Source: Bacteroidota bacterium (lineage in GTDB: Bacteria > Bacteroidota > Bacteroidia > Chitinophagales > Chitinophagaceae). Taken from it: 64,000 nt of DNA. Under the pieces are notes generated by a model. That model saw nothing but the letters and a program-made list of their open reading frames with translations. It searched no databases and was not told the origin of the DNA. Location of the stretch: positions 1,596-65,595 of the forward strand of contig JABDFW010000008.1 of assembly GCA_013286305.1 (NCBI GenBank). Direction: 5' to 3'. The first letter of the stretch is position 1. The number at the start of each line of letters is the position of its first letter. Of the stretch, positions 39,525 through 48,702 are shown piece by piece. Position numbers and translations under genes: made by a program.

Positions 39525-40394
39525 TTACGACCCGTGAACTTCGCCGTATTTAATAAGGTCGTTCACTATCTTTTTTATAGTATTCACCGGTATGGCATAG
39601 GAATAACCCGCATAAGCTCCGGTAGGGGAAGCAAGCGCTGTATTAATGCCAATTAACTCGCCGCTGGTGTTTATAAGCGCGCCGCCGCTGTTGCCCAGAT
39701 TAACGGCAGCATCGGTTTGTATGAATTCTTCAACGGGATGGTCAGGTTTGTCAATACCGAGCGATCTTGTTTTAGCGCTGATGATGCCTGCGGTAACCGT
39801 AATATCAAGGTTCCAGGGGTATCCAATGGCAAGCACCCACTGGCCGGTTTGCAAATTGTCGCTGTTGCCATATACAAGAAAAGGCAGGTGTGCCGCTTCA
39901 ATTTTTAATACGGCAATATCAGTTTTGGCATCAGTGCCCACCAGCCTTGCTTTATAGGTTTTGTGGTTAATAAGCGTAACGGTAATATTATCTGCATCCT
40001 CAATTACATGGTTATTGGTAACTATATACCCGTCATCACTTAAAATAACGCCGCTGCCACTGCCAAGCTGTTCAGGAATGGTGCGTGGCTGGCCAAAAAA
40101 ATTGGAAAAGGGGTTATCGTCATCCTCTTGCTTATTGCTTACCTGTCTTTGGCTTATATGCGTTTTTATATGAACTACTGACGGCGTGGATGAGGATGCT
40201 GCGGTAGTAAAATCAGTTGCGGCTGTATTATTATTATTATTCCCGTCAAAAAAATGGGTGTATTTAACGGGCAATTTTTCAGCCAACTGCATATCGCCGC
40301 CATTTTTAGATATAAGCTTGCCATATACAAAAACACTCAAAACAGAGGTTACTACACTAATCGCAACAGCGGAAAAAAAGATCCTGAGTTTCAT
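39525..40394 (-). CDS. Trypsin-like serine protease (S1C, HtrA/DegP-like, no PDZ domain seen)
   Basis: N-terminal TM or signal segment, catalytic His region (IVTNNHVIEDA), Asp (TDIAVLKI) and Ser (GNSGGALIN). Confidence 0.85.
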   Translation of the reverse strand: MKLRIFFSAVAISVVTSVLSVFVYGKLISKNGGDMQLAEKLPVKYTHFFDGNNNNNTAATDFTTAASSSTPSVVHIKTHISQRQVSNKQEDDDNPFSNFFGQPRTIPEQLGSGSGVILSDDGYIVTNNHVIEDADNITVTLINHKTYKARLVGTDAKTDIAVLKIEAAHLPFLVYGNSDNLQTGQWVLAIGYPWNLDITVTAGIISAKTRSLGIDKPDHPVEEFIQTDAAVNLGNSGGALINTSGELIGINTALASPTGAYAGYSYAIPVNTIKKIVNDLIKYGEVHGS

Positions 40395-40501
40395 TGTTAC
40401 CGGTTTTACTTAACAAAGAAACGATGGTTATGCACGTATAAGTTCGTACCTCCGGCTTTTAACAAAAAATTGACGAAGGATGTCGTAGATGGATGTTCTC
40501 C

Positions 40502-40539
40502 TAACGGATGACATCTTTTTGGAAAGATGTCATCCGTTA
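40502..40539. terminator. 17-bp perfect hairpin between hmgA and the protease gene
   Basis: TAACGGATGACATCTTT-ttgg-AAAGATGTCATCCGTTA. The plus strand has CCCCTTTTTTT 10 nt downstream. Confidence 0.45.
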
Positions 40540-40574
40540 AACCGTGCCCCTTTTTTTAATGACGGGCTGCATAA

Positions 40575-40692
40575 ATGATTTATTGACTAATGACCCCAAT
40601 GACTTGCCTTTTCCAATGACTTATTGACCAATGACCCAATGACTTTCCTTCTCCCCCAATGACTTACTGACTCAATGACCCAATGACTTTTT
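40575..40692. repeat. CCAATGAC-word repeat block
   Basis: At least 7 copies of (C)CAATGAC(T/C) within 120 bp, directly after the hmgA stop. The complementary GTCATTGG words occur at 21901-21940, 39130-39137/39260-39267 and 45675-45682. Confidence 0.75.
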
Positions 40693-40694
40693 TC

Positions 40695-41852
40695 TCATTC
40701 ACTCCAGCTCATAATATAATGCGGGTTTTCAATTTCCAGCGCATCTATAGTTAACTGCAACGGATGAAAAGTATCAACCATCACGGCCAGCTCTTTGGTT
40801 TCTTTAGCGCCGATGCTTTTTTCAACAGCGCCAGGGTGTGGCCCGTGAGGTATGCCGCCCGGGTGAAGCGTTATCATGCCCCTGGTAACATTTTTCCGGC
40901 TCATAAAATCTCCGTCAACATAATAGATCAGTTCATCACTGTCAATATTGCTATGGTTATAAGGAGCTGGAATGGATTGGGGGTGATAATCAAAAAGCCG
41001 TGGCACAAAGCTGCATACCACAAAGTTATTTGCCTCAAAAGTTTGGTGCACAGGCGGTGGCTGGTGTACGCGACCGGTAATAGGCTCAAAGTCGTGAATG
41101 CTAAAGGCAAATGGATAGCAACACCCATCCCAGCCAATTACATCAAACGGGTGAAACCCATAATGTATATGGTACATACGCCCGCTCTTTTTTGTGTGTA
41201 TCACAAAATCACCCGGCTCGTCTGTGGTGGATATATTTTTTGGCGTGCGTATATCTCTTTCGCAATACGGCGAGTGTTCCATTAACTGCCCCCATTTGCT
41301 TACATATTTTTTTGGGTAACGAATGGGGCTAAAACTTTCTACAATAAACAGCCTGTTATCGGTGCTATCAAAGTGTATTTGATAGATGGTACCCCGTGGT
41401 ATCACCAAATAATCGCCATACCCAAATACCAGTTCCCCATATTGTGTCAATAATTTGCCGCTGCCCGTATGTACAAATATCATCTCATCCGCATCTGCAT
41501 TTTTGTAGAAATAATCTTTCATGCTTTCCTGCGGCGCAGCCAAAACAATATGGCAATCATTGTTCACTAACACAGGTTTCTTGCTTTGTAAAAAATCCGC
41601 TTCCGGTTTTACATTAAACCCCTCAAAGCTGCGGTGCTTAAGCATTTTCTCCTCGGCGATACGTGGCTTTACATCATACGGCTCTTCGGTATGAATGATA
41701 ACGGTTGGGGGGTGGCAATGGTACAGCAAGGAATAGTCGCTGCTAAAACCTTCTGTGCTAAATAATTGTTCAGCATATAAAGAGCCATCCGGCTTGCGAA
41801 ACTGTGTATGGCGTTTATGAGGCAGTTGCCCCGATTGAATATAGTGTGACAT
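40695..41852 (-). CDS. hmgA: Homogentisate 1,2-dioxygenase
   Basis: 385 aa with an HGD-like sequence throughout (MSHYIQSGQLPHKRHTQFRKPDGSLYAEQLFSTEGFSSDYSLLYH..., HPGGIPHGPHPG). Confidence 0.93.
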   Translation of the reverse strand: MSHYIQSGQLPHKRHTQFRKPDGSLYAEQLFSTEGFSSDYSLLYHCHPPTVIIHTEEPYDVKPRIAEEKMLKHRSFEGFNVKPEADFLQSKKPVLVNNDCHIVLAAPQESMKDYFYKNADADEMIFVHTGSGKLLTQYGELVFGYGDYLVIPRGTIYQIHFDSTDNRLFIVESFSPIRYPKKYVSKWGQLMEHSPYCERDIRTPKNISTTDEPGDFVIHTKKSGRMYHIHYGFHPFDVIGWDGCCYPFAFSIHDFEPITGRVHQPPPVHQTFEANNFVVCSFVPRLFDYHPQSIPAPYNHSNIDSDELIYYVDGDFMSRKNVTRGMITLHPGGIPHGPHPGAVEKSIGAKETKELAVMVDTFHPLQLTIDALEIENPHYIMSWSE

Positions 41853-42128
41853 GGCAATTTGAGAATTTGGAAATTTGAAGATTTGAAAATGACTGCACGA
41901 GTATTCCTAAAATTGTTAATTAATTAGTGAAAGCAATTATGTAGCAAGCTGTGGTACAACATTAAACATTAGTGGCGTCGCACACTGCAACATTTGAAAT
42001 ACTAATCAGCAATGCGCATAGATAATTCGAGCGTGGTCAGCAGGAAAACATATTTCCATTTACGTTTATCTATCCAATAGGTAAAGTTTCTGTGGAATGG
42101 CATAGTATAAAGATAACAAAATTAAACC

Positions 42129-42518
42129 CTAAAGGTTATCTAATATCTTTTGCTGCACTGCCTTTAGCTCTTCCGGTGACAATTTTAATTTTCCATGCGT
42201 AAAATTCAGGTCATTGGCGGAGTTAATAGGGGCAAGATGTAAATGAGCATGAGGCACTTCCAGCCCTATTACTGCCATCCCGCAACGGTTGCAGTCAAAC
42301 GCCTTTTCAATGGCCTTTGCAATGGGTTTGGAAAATAATAGCATTTCAGATAAATAATCATCCGGCAGATCGAACAAATTATCAACCTCAACTTTAGGAA
42401 CAACAAGCACATGCCCCTCAACAAGCGGAAATATATCGAGAAAGGCAAAGAACTTTTCATTCTCTGCAATTTTATATGAGGGGATCTGGCCGGCTATGAT
42501 CTTTGAAAAAATGGTCAT
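42129..42518 (-). CDS. HIT (histidine triad) family protein
   Basis: 129 aa with the HVLVVPK and histidine triad motif VPHAHLHL. Confidence 0.92.
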   Translation of the reverse strand: MTIFSKIIAGQIPSYKIAENEKFFAFLDIFPLVEGHVLVVPKVEVDNLFDLPDDYLSEMLLFSKPIAKAIEKAFDCNRCGMAVIGLEVPHAHLHLAPINSANDLNFTHGKLKLSPEELKAVQQKILDNL

Positions 42519-42674
42519 ACAATAGTTATTACTTATTGTGAAAAAGCAAAAGTAAAAGTTATTATTAGAAAGCGAAGTATCTTAATATGATAGCAGTGCG
42601 TTATCTGCCAAGGTGCTAATGATGCTGACTCTTCCGGACTTTCGGGCTTGCTGACTTCCGCTCTCCTGCTTCAA

Positions 42675-42711
42675 ACAAAAAAGCTATCCGCAATTGAACG
42701 GATAGCCTTTT
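42675..42711 (-). terminator. Rho-independent terminator of greA
   Basis: The minus strand reads AAAAGGCTATCCG-ttcaattg-CGGATAGCTTTTTTGTTT. Confidence 0.7.
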
Positions 42712-42731
42712 AAGTTTTCAGTAACCCGGTA

Positions 42732-43211
42732 TTAAACCGTAATTTCTTCAATTTTAAATTTAATAAGGCCGGTTGGCGCTTTAACCTCTGCAACCTCTCC
42801 CTTTAGCCTGCCCATCAAGCCTTTACCAATCGGCGAGCCTGCAGAAATTTTTCCTGCTTTAAGATCAGCCTCTTTTTCTCCCACAATCTGGTAGGTAAAA
42901 GTTTTTTTTGTTGCCATATTGGTTATGGTAACCCTTGTAAATATAGAAACCTTGCTGGTATCTATATTGTTAGTATCCACAATACGGGCAATAGCGATCT
43001 GGCCTTCCAGTTGCGACATTTTAGCTTCCAACATCCCCTGCGCCTCTTTAGCCGCATCGTATTCGGCATTTTCTTTCAGGTCACCCTTTTCACGTGCTTC
43101 GGCAATAGCCCGCGAGGCCGCAGGTCGGTCAATAGCCTTCATCCGGTGAAGCTCTTCTTTCATTTTATCAAAAGCCTCTTTTGATACGTACATTACATCA
43201 CTCATGGTCAT
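42732..43211 (-). CDS. greA: Transcription elongation factor GreA
   Basis: 159 aa: coiled-coil N-domain (RPAASRAIAEAREKGDLKENAEYDAAKEAQ) plus the C-terminal FKBP-like domain. Confidence 0.95.
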   Translation of the reverse strand: MTMSDVMYVSKEAFDKMKEELHRMKAIDRPAASRAIAEAREKGDLKENAEYDAAKEAQGMLEAKMSQLEGQIAIARIVDTNNIDTSKVSIFTRVTITNMATKKTFTYQIVGEKEADLKAGKISAGSPIGKGLMGRLKGEVAEVKAPTGLIKFKIEEITV

Positions 43212-43391
43212 TCCGGTTTAAATAGAGATAAAAAAAATACAACGCCACATAGTGAGTGCAGCGTTGCAATACACAAATATAAAAAAAATCATTTAAAAAA
43301 ATATCAAATTAATAACATAGTTTTTTTGGCTTGGATATAAAGAGTATTTTTAACTGCATGTTAACCAATTATTTATACGCAGGCGACTACT

Positions 43392-44813
43392 TTACATGTC
43401 AAATATTTTACCGGCGTTTAAAATATTATTCGGGTCAAAAACCTTTTTTATGTGCCGCATAAGCCGCAGGTTTGTCTCCTCAAAAATAATGTCCATAAAG
43501 CCTTTTTGTACAAGCCCAATGCCATGTTCGCCACTAATGGTACCCCCAAGTTCTTTAACTATAATGAACAATTTCCTCAATATAACATTCATTTCCTCAT
43601 TGCCAAAACTATTGCTGATCCCTTCTTTTTTAATGCGGATGTGCAGGTTGCCGTCTCCCGCATGGCCATAAAATACGGCGTGAAAACTGTATTCTTTCCC
43701 CAGCGTTTTCACACGCCTTATCAATTCAGGCAGCTCCGCCCGTGGCACTACCGTATCTTCCTCAATAGTATAACCCTTTATTTTCACCGCTTCTGCAGTT
43801 CTGCGGCGCAATTTCCATAACTCAGCTTTCTGCTGGGCATCATCTGCAAAAAATATTTCACCTGCTTCATATTGCTCCAGTATGCCGGCAATGGCTTCCA
43901 TATCTGCCATTAATACATCCATGTTATTGCCATCCACTTCAATTATAAGATGTGCGGCAATATCATCTGTAACAGGTACGGCAAAACTATCAACCATTGT
44001 GCTAACAATTTTAAGCGCATCTATTTCCACTAACTCCATTGCGCTGGGTGTAATACCCGCGCGAAATATAGCACTTACCGCCTCGCTTGCTTTTTCAAGT
44101 GAGCGAAAAGGTGCCAGCATCAGCAGGTCATATTTAGGCAGTGGTATTAGTTTCAACACAATTTTTGTTACAATACCCAGGGTGCCTTCACTGCCTACCA
44201 TAAGCTGGGTAAGGTTATAACCCGTAGAGTTTTTCAAAACATTAGCACCCGTCCAAATAATTTCTCCCGTTGGCAACACTACTTCAAGATTCAATACATA
44301 ATCTTTTACTACGCCGTATTTTACCGCTTTGGGGCCACCGCTGTTTTCTGCTATATTGCCGCCAATAAAACATGACCCCCGGCTGCTTGGATCAGGTGGA
44401 TAAAACAACCCCTTTTCTTTCACTGCATTTTGAAGCACCTCGGTTATTACGCCCGGTTCAGTAATAACCTGCCCGTTACGTTCATCAATTTGAAGGATAG
44501 TATTAAACCGCTCCATCGAAAGAAGTACCCCGCCCAAATGGGGCAATGCCCCACCGCTTAAACCGGTTCCGGCCCCGCGTGGCGTAACTGCTACGCGGTA
44601 TTCGTTGCATATATGCATTATCGCGCTCACCTCTGTGGTAGTCCGCGGCTTTATTACAATCTCGGGCAAGTACAATAAATGTTCTGTTTCGTCGTGGCCA
44701 TAATGCTTCCTGTTCTCGTCATCTGCAAGTACATAGGCCTGCCCTACAATACCTTCAAACCGGCTTATAAGTTCTTCGGTAACTAAGCCTAACGGTAATA
44801 CATCATCCTGCAT
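43392..44813 (-). CDS. FAD-binding oxidoreductase (GlcD / D-lactate dehydrogenase-like, FAD_binding_4 plus FAD-oxidase_C)
   Basis: 473 aa with PRGAGTGLSGGALP, GEHGIG and a C-terminal DPNNILNAGKIF. Confidence 0.9.
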   Translation of the reverse strand: MQDDVLPLGLVTEELISRFEGIVGQAYVLADDENRKHYGHDETEHLLYLPEIVIKPRTTTEVSAIMHICNEYRVAVTPRGAGTGLSGGALPHLGGVLLSMERFNTILQIDERNGQVITEPGVITEVLQNAVKEKGLFYPPDPSSRGSCFIGGNIAENSGGPKAVKYGVVKDYVLNLEVVLPTGEIIWTGANVLKNSTGYNLTQLMVGSEGTLGIVTKIVLKLIPLPKYDLLMLAPFRSLEKASEAVSAIFRAGITPSAMELVEIDALKIVSTMVDSFAVPVTDDIAAHLIIEVDGNNMDVLMADMEAIAGILEQYEAGEIFFADDAQQKAELWKLRRRTAEAVKIKGYTIEEDTVVPRAELPELIRRVKTLGKEYSFHAVFYGHAGDGNLHIRIKKEGISNSFGNEEMNVILRKLFIIVKELGGTISGEHGIGLVQKGFMDIIFEETNLRLMRHIKKVFDPNNILNAGKIFDM

Positions 44814-44935
44814 GAAAAAGTTTTCTCAAAATTACAAGGGTACAGTGATAAACAGGCAAAATAAAACCGCAGGAAGTATAATTTGGAATCATTATTGTCA
44901 ACCTTCTTCAAAGCATCGCATATTAATTTTACAAA

Positions 44936-45658
44936 ATGAAAACAGCATTAATAACAGGAGCAAATAAGGGGATAGGCTTTGAAACCGCAAAACAATTATT
45001 ACAAAAAGGCTATCATGTTTTTATTACCGCACGGGATGAGGCAAAAGGCGAACAAGCTTTAGAGCAACTGAAGCGGCGGGGATTTTTGAATATTAGTTTT
45101 GTGCAAATGGACGTCGCTTCTCCTTCATCCAATTTACAGGCGAAAGAAAATATTGCGGCACAAATAAAAAGCCTTGATGTGCTTGTTAACAACGCAGGCA
45201 TACGGGGCAATGGCCCGCAAGCCCCTTCAGTTATTGCCATTGAAGATGTTCGCCGGGTTTTTGAAACCAATTTTTTTGGCGTAATACAGGTAACCCAGGC
45301 CTTTATGCCCTTACTAAAGTTATCGGCTGAACCAAGAATTGTAAATGTTACAAGTGACCTTGCTTCGCTTACATTGCATAATGATCCTTCCTGGAGATAT
45401 TATGCTTTTAAAGGAGCAGCCTACGGGCCTTCCAAAACTGCGTTGAATGCCTATACGGTATCGCTGGCTTATGAATTGCGGGATACCCCGTTTAAAGTTA
45501 ATGCCGTTAACCCCGGTTATACAAAAACAGATTTTAATGAGAATAGGGGAACTAAAACAGCTGAAGATGCCGCACAAATAATCGTGCAATATGCTACGCT
45601 TGGTAACGATGGCCCTACTGGAAAGTTTATCAGCGATTATGGTGAATCGCCGTGGTAA
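44936..45658 (+). CDS. Short-chain dehydrogenase/reductase (SDR)
   Basis: TGANKGIG cofactor motif, NNAG, and catalytic YGPSK. Confidence 0.9.
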   Translation: MKTALITGANKGIGFETAKQLLQKGYHVFITARDEAKGEQALEQLKRRGFLNISFVQMDVASPSSNLQAKENIAAQIKSLDVLVNNAGIRGNGPQAPSVIAIEDVRRVFETNFFGVIQVTQAFMPLLKLSAEPRIVNVTSDLASLTLHNDPSWRYYAFKGAAYGPSKTALNAYTVSLAYELRDTPFKVNAVNPGYTKTDFNENRGTKTAEDAAQIIVQYATLGNDGPTGKFISDYGESPW

Positions 45659-45719
45659 AAAATATGGTCAGTGAGTCATTGGTCAATAAGTCATTAAGTT
45701 AAACAATCTGTAGTCTTGC

Positions 45720-47084
45720 TCAGCCCCGGCCGATCAACCACTCTTTCAACGATTCAAAATTTGCATCCACTAAAATACTTTTCTTTTCCCTGGCAGCAAG
45801 GTATTGTACGCTTTCCGGGAAAGGGATTTTGGTTCCGGTTGCCTGCTCTACTACTTCCGGGAATTTAACGGGATGAGCTGTTTCAAGAAAAATGCCCTTA
45901 CCATTCGGATGGGTTTTCAAATACTCACTTAAGGCATAGTATCCCACTGCGCCATGGGGGTCAAGCATATAGCCGCATTTTGTATATACTTCTTTTATTG
46001 TTTGAGCGGTAGTTGCATCGTCAACACTATAGCTGCTTAACATTGATTTGAGGTTACCGGTGTTTTGGTCAAACATCTCCATGATACGGACAAAATTGCT
46101 GGGGTTGCCCACATCCATTGCATTTGAAATGGTTGCCACCGCTGGTTTCGGAGTATAATTGCCACTTTCCAGAAACTGCGGCACTACATCATTTGCATTG
46201 CAGGCTGCAATAAAATGTTGCACCGGCAAACCTGATCTATACGCTAACATACCTGCACAAATATTGCCGAAGTTGCCACTCGGTACTGATATAACAGGCG
46301 GCTGCCCGTCAGCCCATTGCTGGTATGCGAAGAAATAATATAACTGCTGCGGCAACCAGCGTGCCACATTGATAGAGTTGGCAGAAGTAAGCTGTAATTT
46401 TTGACTGAGATCGTTATCCATGAAAGCCTGCTTTACCATAGCCTGGCAATCATCAAAGGTTCCGGTTACTTCCAGTGCGGCAATGTTTTGCCCAAGGGTG
46501 GTTAACTGAAGTTCCTGTATAGGGCTTACCTTACCCGAGGGATATAATATCACAACATCAACCCCTTCCACACCGAGAAAACCATTGGCAACTGCACCGC
46601 CCGTATCGCCGGAAGTTGCTACAAGCACTGTTGTATGATGGTTGCTGTTGCGGTTAAAATAACCAAGACAACGGCTCATAAATCTTGCGCCCACATCTTT
46701 AAATGCTAAAGTAGGGCCGTGAAACAGTTCAAGCGAATAAACAGCATCATTTAGTTTAACCAATGGAAACTCAAAGTTGATCGTTTCACTGATGATATGC
46801 TGCAATACATTTCCAGGGATGCTATCACCCACGTAAGGCTGCATAACTGTAACGCCTATTTCTTCTTTTGAATAGTCCCCGATATTCTCAATAAAACCTT
46901 TCGGTAACAAAGGAATAAGCTGAGGGAAATATAAACCTTTATCAGGCGCCTGCCCCTTTACCGTGGCTTCTGCGAATGTTACCGCCGGGGATTGATGGTT
47001 GAGAGAATAGTAAGCCCCTACTCGTGCCCCCGCCCCCTGAAGGGGGGAAAGCAAAAACCGTTTATTAAAATTTATACTTACCAT
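45720..47084 (-). CDS. thrC: Threonine synthase
   Basis: The conserved N-terminus YYSLNHQSPAVTFAEATVKGQAPDKGLYFP and the PLP Lys region (HGPTLAFKDVG) are present. The annotated ATG puts a GC-rich repeat copy (SPLQGAGARVG) into the N-terminus, so the true start is uncertain. Confidence 0.92.
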   Translation of the reverse strand: MVSINFNKRFLLSPLQGAGARVGAYYSLNHQSPAVTFAEATVKGQAPDKGLYFPQLIPLLPKGFIENIGDYSKEEIGVTVMQPYVGDSIPGNVLQHIISETINFEFPLVKLNDAVYSLELFHGPTLAFKDVGARFMSRCLGYFNRNSNHHTTVLVATSGDTGGAVANGFLGVEGVDVVILYPSGKVSPIQELQLTTLGQNIAALEVTGTFDDCQAMVKQAFMDNDLSQKLQLTSANSINVARWLPQQLYYFFAYQQWADGQPPVISVPSGNFGNICAGMLAYRSGLPVQHFIAACNANDVVPQFLESGNYTPKPAVATISNAMDVGNPSNFVRIMEMFDQNTGNLKSMLSSYSVDDATTAQTIKEVYTKCGYMLDPHGAVGYYALSEYLKTHPNGKGIFLETAHPVKFPEVVEQATGTKIPFPESVQYLAAREKKSILVDANFESLKEWLIGRG

Positions 47085-47133
47085 TTATTGAGATAATGTT
47101 GAGTTATATTAAACAACCCTTGGATTTGCTTCT

Positions 47134-48147
47134 TCACTCCCCTTTAGGCCCGCCCGTGCCGGTACGGACGGGGGCAGGGGGTACAACCTTCACGCCTTCC
47201 ATATTTATTGTTGTTACATGCGTTTGATACGCCACTCCTATTCTTTCATATACTTCTTTCATTACGACTTCAACAACCCTTGCCGTTTCCGCATCCCTAC
47301 TCAGCATAAAAATAGAAGGACCGGAACCTGAGATGCCACCACCCAATGCGCCTGCTTCTTTACAATTTTTCTTTACCTCGTCAAAACCGGGGATGAGGAT
47401 GCTTCGAATAGGTTCTATAATAACATCTTCAAGCGAGCGGCCAATAAGATCATAATCGCCTTTTATAAAACCTGCTACAAGGCCCGCAATATTGCCCCAT
47501 TGCTTAATAGCATCTTTTAATAATACCTGCTGTTTAAGTATTTGCCTCGCGTCAGAGGTACGCACTTCTATCTGCGGGTGAACAACGGTTACATGCAGCG
47601 GCGGCGCATCAATTTGCACTATATCCAGCGGGTGAATAGAACGAATTAATGTGACACCACCGTAGATACAGGGTGCAATATTATCGGCGTGCTTAACCCC
47701 GCTGGCAACCTTTTCGCCAAACATTGCAAAGCGCACAAGGTCTTCCTTACTAAAACGGTTACCAAGTAAATGATTTGCTGCAACAACTGAACCTGCGGCG
47801 CTTGCGGCACTTGAACCAATACCGCTGCCCGGCTTGATGTGTTTTTTGCTGTATAATGTAAAGCCTTTTACGTCGGGGGTTTCCTCAAGCAGGGCAAGCA
47901 AGGCAGCACCGCTGACATTTTTTTCTGCCACGGTAGGCAAATCGAACTCGTCCTGGTTGATGATGTGCACGCCCGGCTCATCACTTAACTGCAAAGTGAT
48001 CTCATCATTCGGGCCGTTCAGTGCAAAGCCGAGTATATCAAACCCGCAGACAACGTTTGCAACGGTCGCGGGAGAGAGAATGGAGATGCCCCCTACCCCC
48101 GTCCGTACCGGCACGGGCGGGCCTAAAGGGGGGTTGTGTAACTGCAT
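47134..48147 (-). CDS. thrB: Homoserine kinase (candidate start at the internal ATG 48147; the ORF is open up to 48561)
   Basis: GHMP kinase motifs (SPATVANVVCGFDILGFAL, KPGSGIGSSAASAAG). The only ATG between the DUF559 part and the kinase core gives MQLHNPPLGPPVPVRTGVGGISILSPATV. Confidence 0.85.
   Translation of the reverse strand: MQLHNPPLGPPVPVRTGVGGISILSPATVANVVCGFDILGFALNGPNDEITLQLSDEPGVHIINQDEFDLPTVAEKNVSGAALLALLEETPDVKGFTLYSKKHIKPGSGIGSSAASAAGSVVAANHLLGNRFSKEDLVRFAMFGEKVASGVKHADNIAPCIYGGVTLIRSIHPLDIVQIDAPPLHVTVVHPQIEVRTSDARQILKQQVLLKDAIKQWGNIAGLVAGFIKGDYDLIGRSLEDVIIEPIRSILIPGFDEVKKNCKEAGALGGGISGSGPSIFMLSRDAETARVVEVVMKEVYERIGVAYQTHVTTINMEGVKVVPPAPVRTGTGGPKGE
47139..47181. repeat. GC-rich hairpin repeat, long form, at the thrB 3' end
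   Basis: CCCCTTTAGGCCCGCCCGTGCCGGTACGGACGGGGGCAGGGGG is the reverse complement (42/43) of the copy at 48089-48133. It is translated as the thrB C-terminal tail PPAPVRTGTGGPKGE. Confidence 0.85.
48089..48133. repeat. GC-rich hairpin repeat, long form, between the DUF559 and thrB portions
   Basis: CCCCCTACCCCCGTCCGTACCGGCACGGGCGGGCCTAAAGGGGGG is the inverted partner of 47139-47181. It is translated in frame as PPLGPPVPVRTGVGG. Confidence 0.85.
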
Positions 48148-48561
48148 AAGTTTCTTTTGAATAGTTGAAAGAACAGTTTCCAATTTTCCTATTATTTCTT
48201 CATTTTTAAATCGAATAACAGTTAGACCGAAATCCCGCAAATCATCTTCACGTTGTATATCATTGCTTTTTACATCTTCACGTTCGTGAATATTCCCGTC
48301 AATTTCGATTACCAATTTAAGTTTGTGACAGTAAAAATCCGCAACATATAAAGAAATCGGATGTTGTCTTCTAAATTTGAATCCCCAATCATTCGTCTTT
48401 AAATAATTCCATATCAATTCTTCTGCAAAAGTCATCCTGTTTCTTAATTGTTCTGCTTTTTTAAATATCAGAGGATGCGCTCCATAATGCATATCCCAAT
48501 TCTTTTGGGAATTATCTTCGCCAGGATGATATTGAACTATATTATCGAAATTTAATCTCAC
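48148..48561 (-). CDS. DUF559 (Vsr-like/PD-(D/E)XK) endonuclease-domain ORF without its own stop codon, reading in frame into thrB
   Basis: MRLNFDNIVQYHPGEDNSQKNWDMHYGAHPLIFKKAEQLRNRMTFAEELIWNYLK...FKFRRQHPISLYVADFYCHKLKLVIEIDGNIHE...DFGLTVIRFKNEEI matches the DUF559 pattern (FRRQ..., DF.C..., IE.DG..H, RF.N.E.). Confidence 0.8.
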
Positions 48562-48594
48562 CGCTGTTTAATTTACTTAACAAGTTGACTTTTT

Positions 48595-48702
48595 CTCTCC
48601 TCTCCCTTTAGGGTTGGGGCTTTGGCTTTTCTCTCCTCTCCCTTTAGGGTTGGGGCTTTGGCTTTTCTCCCTTCTCCCTTTAGGGCCGGGGCTTCGGCTT
48701 TT
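48595..48702. repeat. Three tandem 36-bp GC-rich repeat units abutting the thrA stop codon
   Basis: CTCTCCTCTCCCTTTAGGGTTGGGGCTTTGGCTTTT appears twice exactly (48595-48630, 48631-48666), followed by the diverged third copy CTCCCTTCTCCCTTTAGGGCCGGGGCTTCGGCTTTT (48667-48702). Confidence 0.9.
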
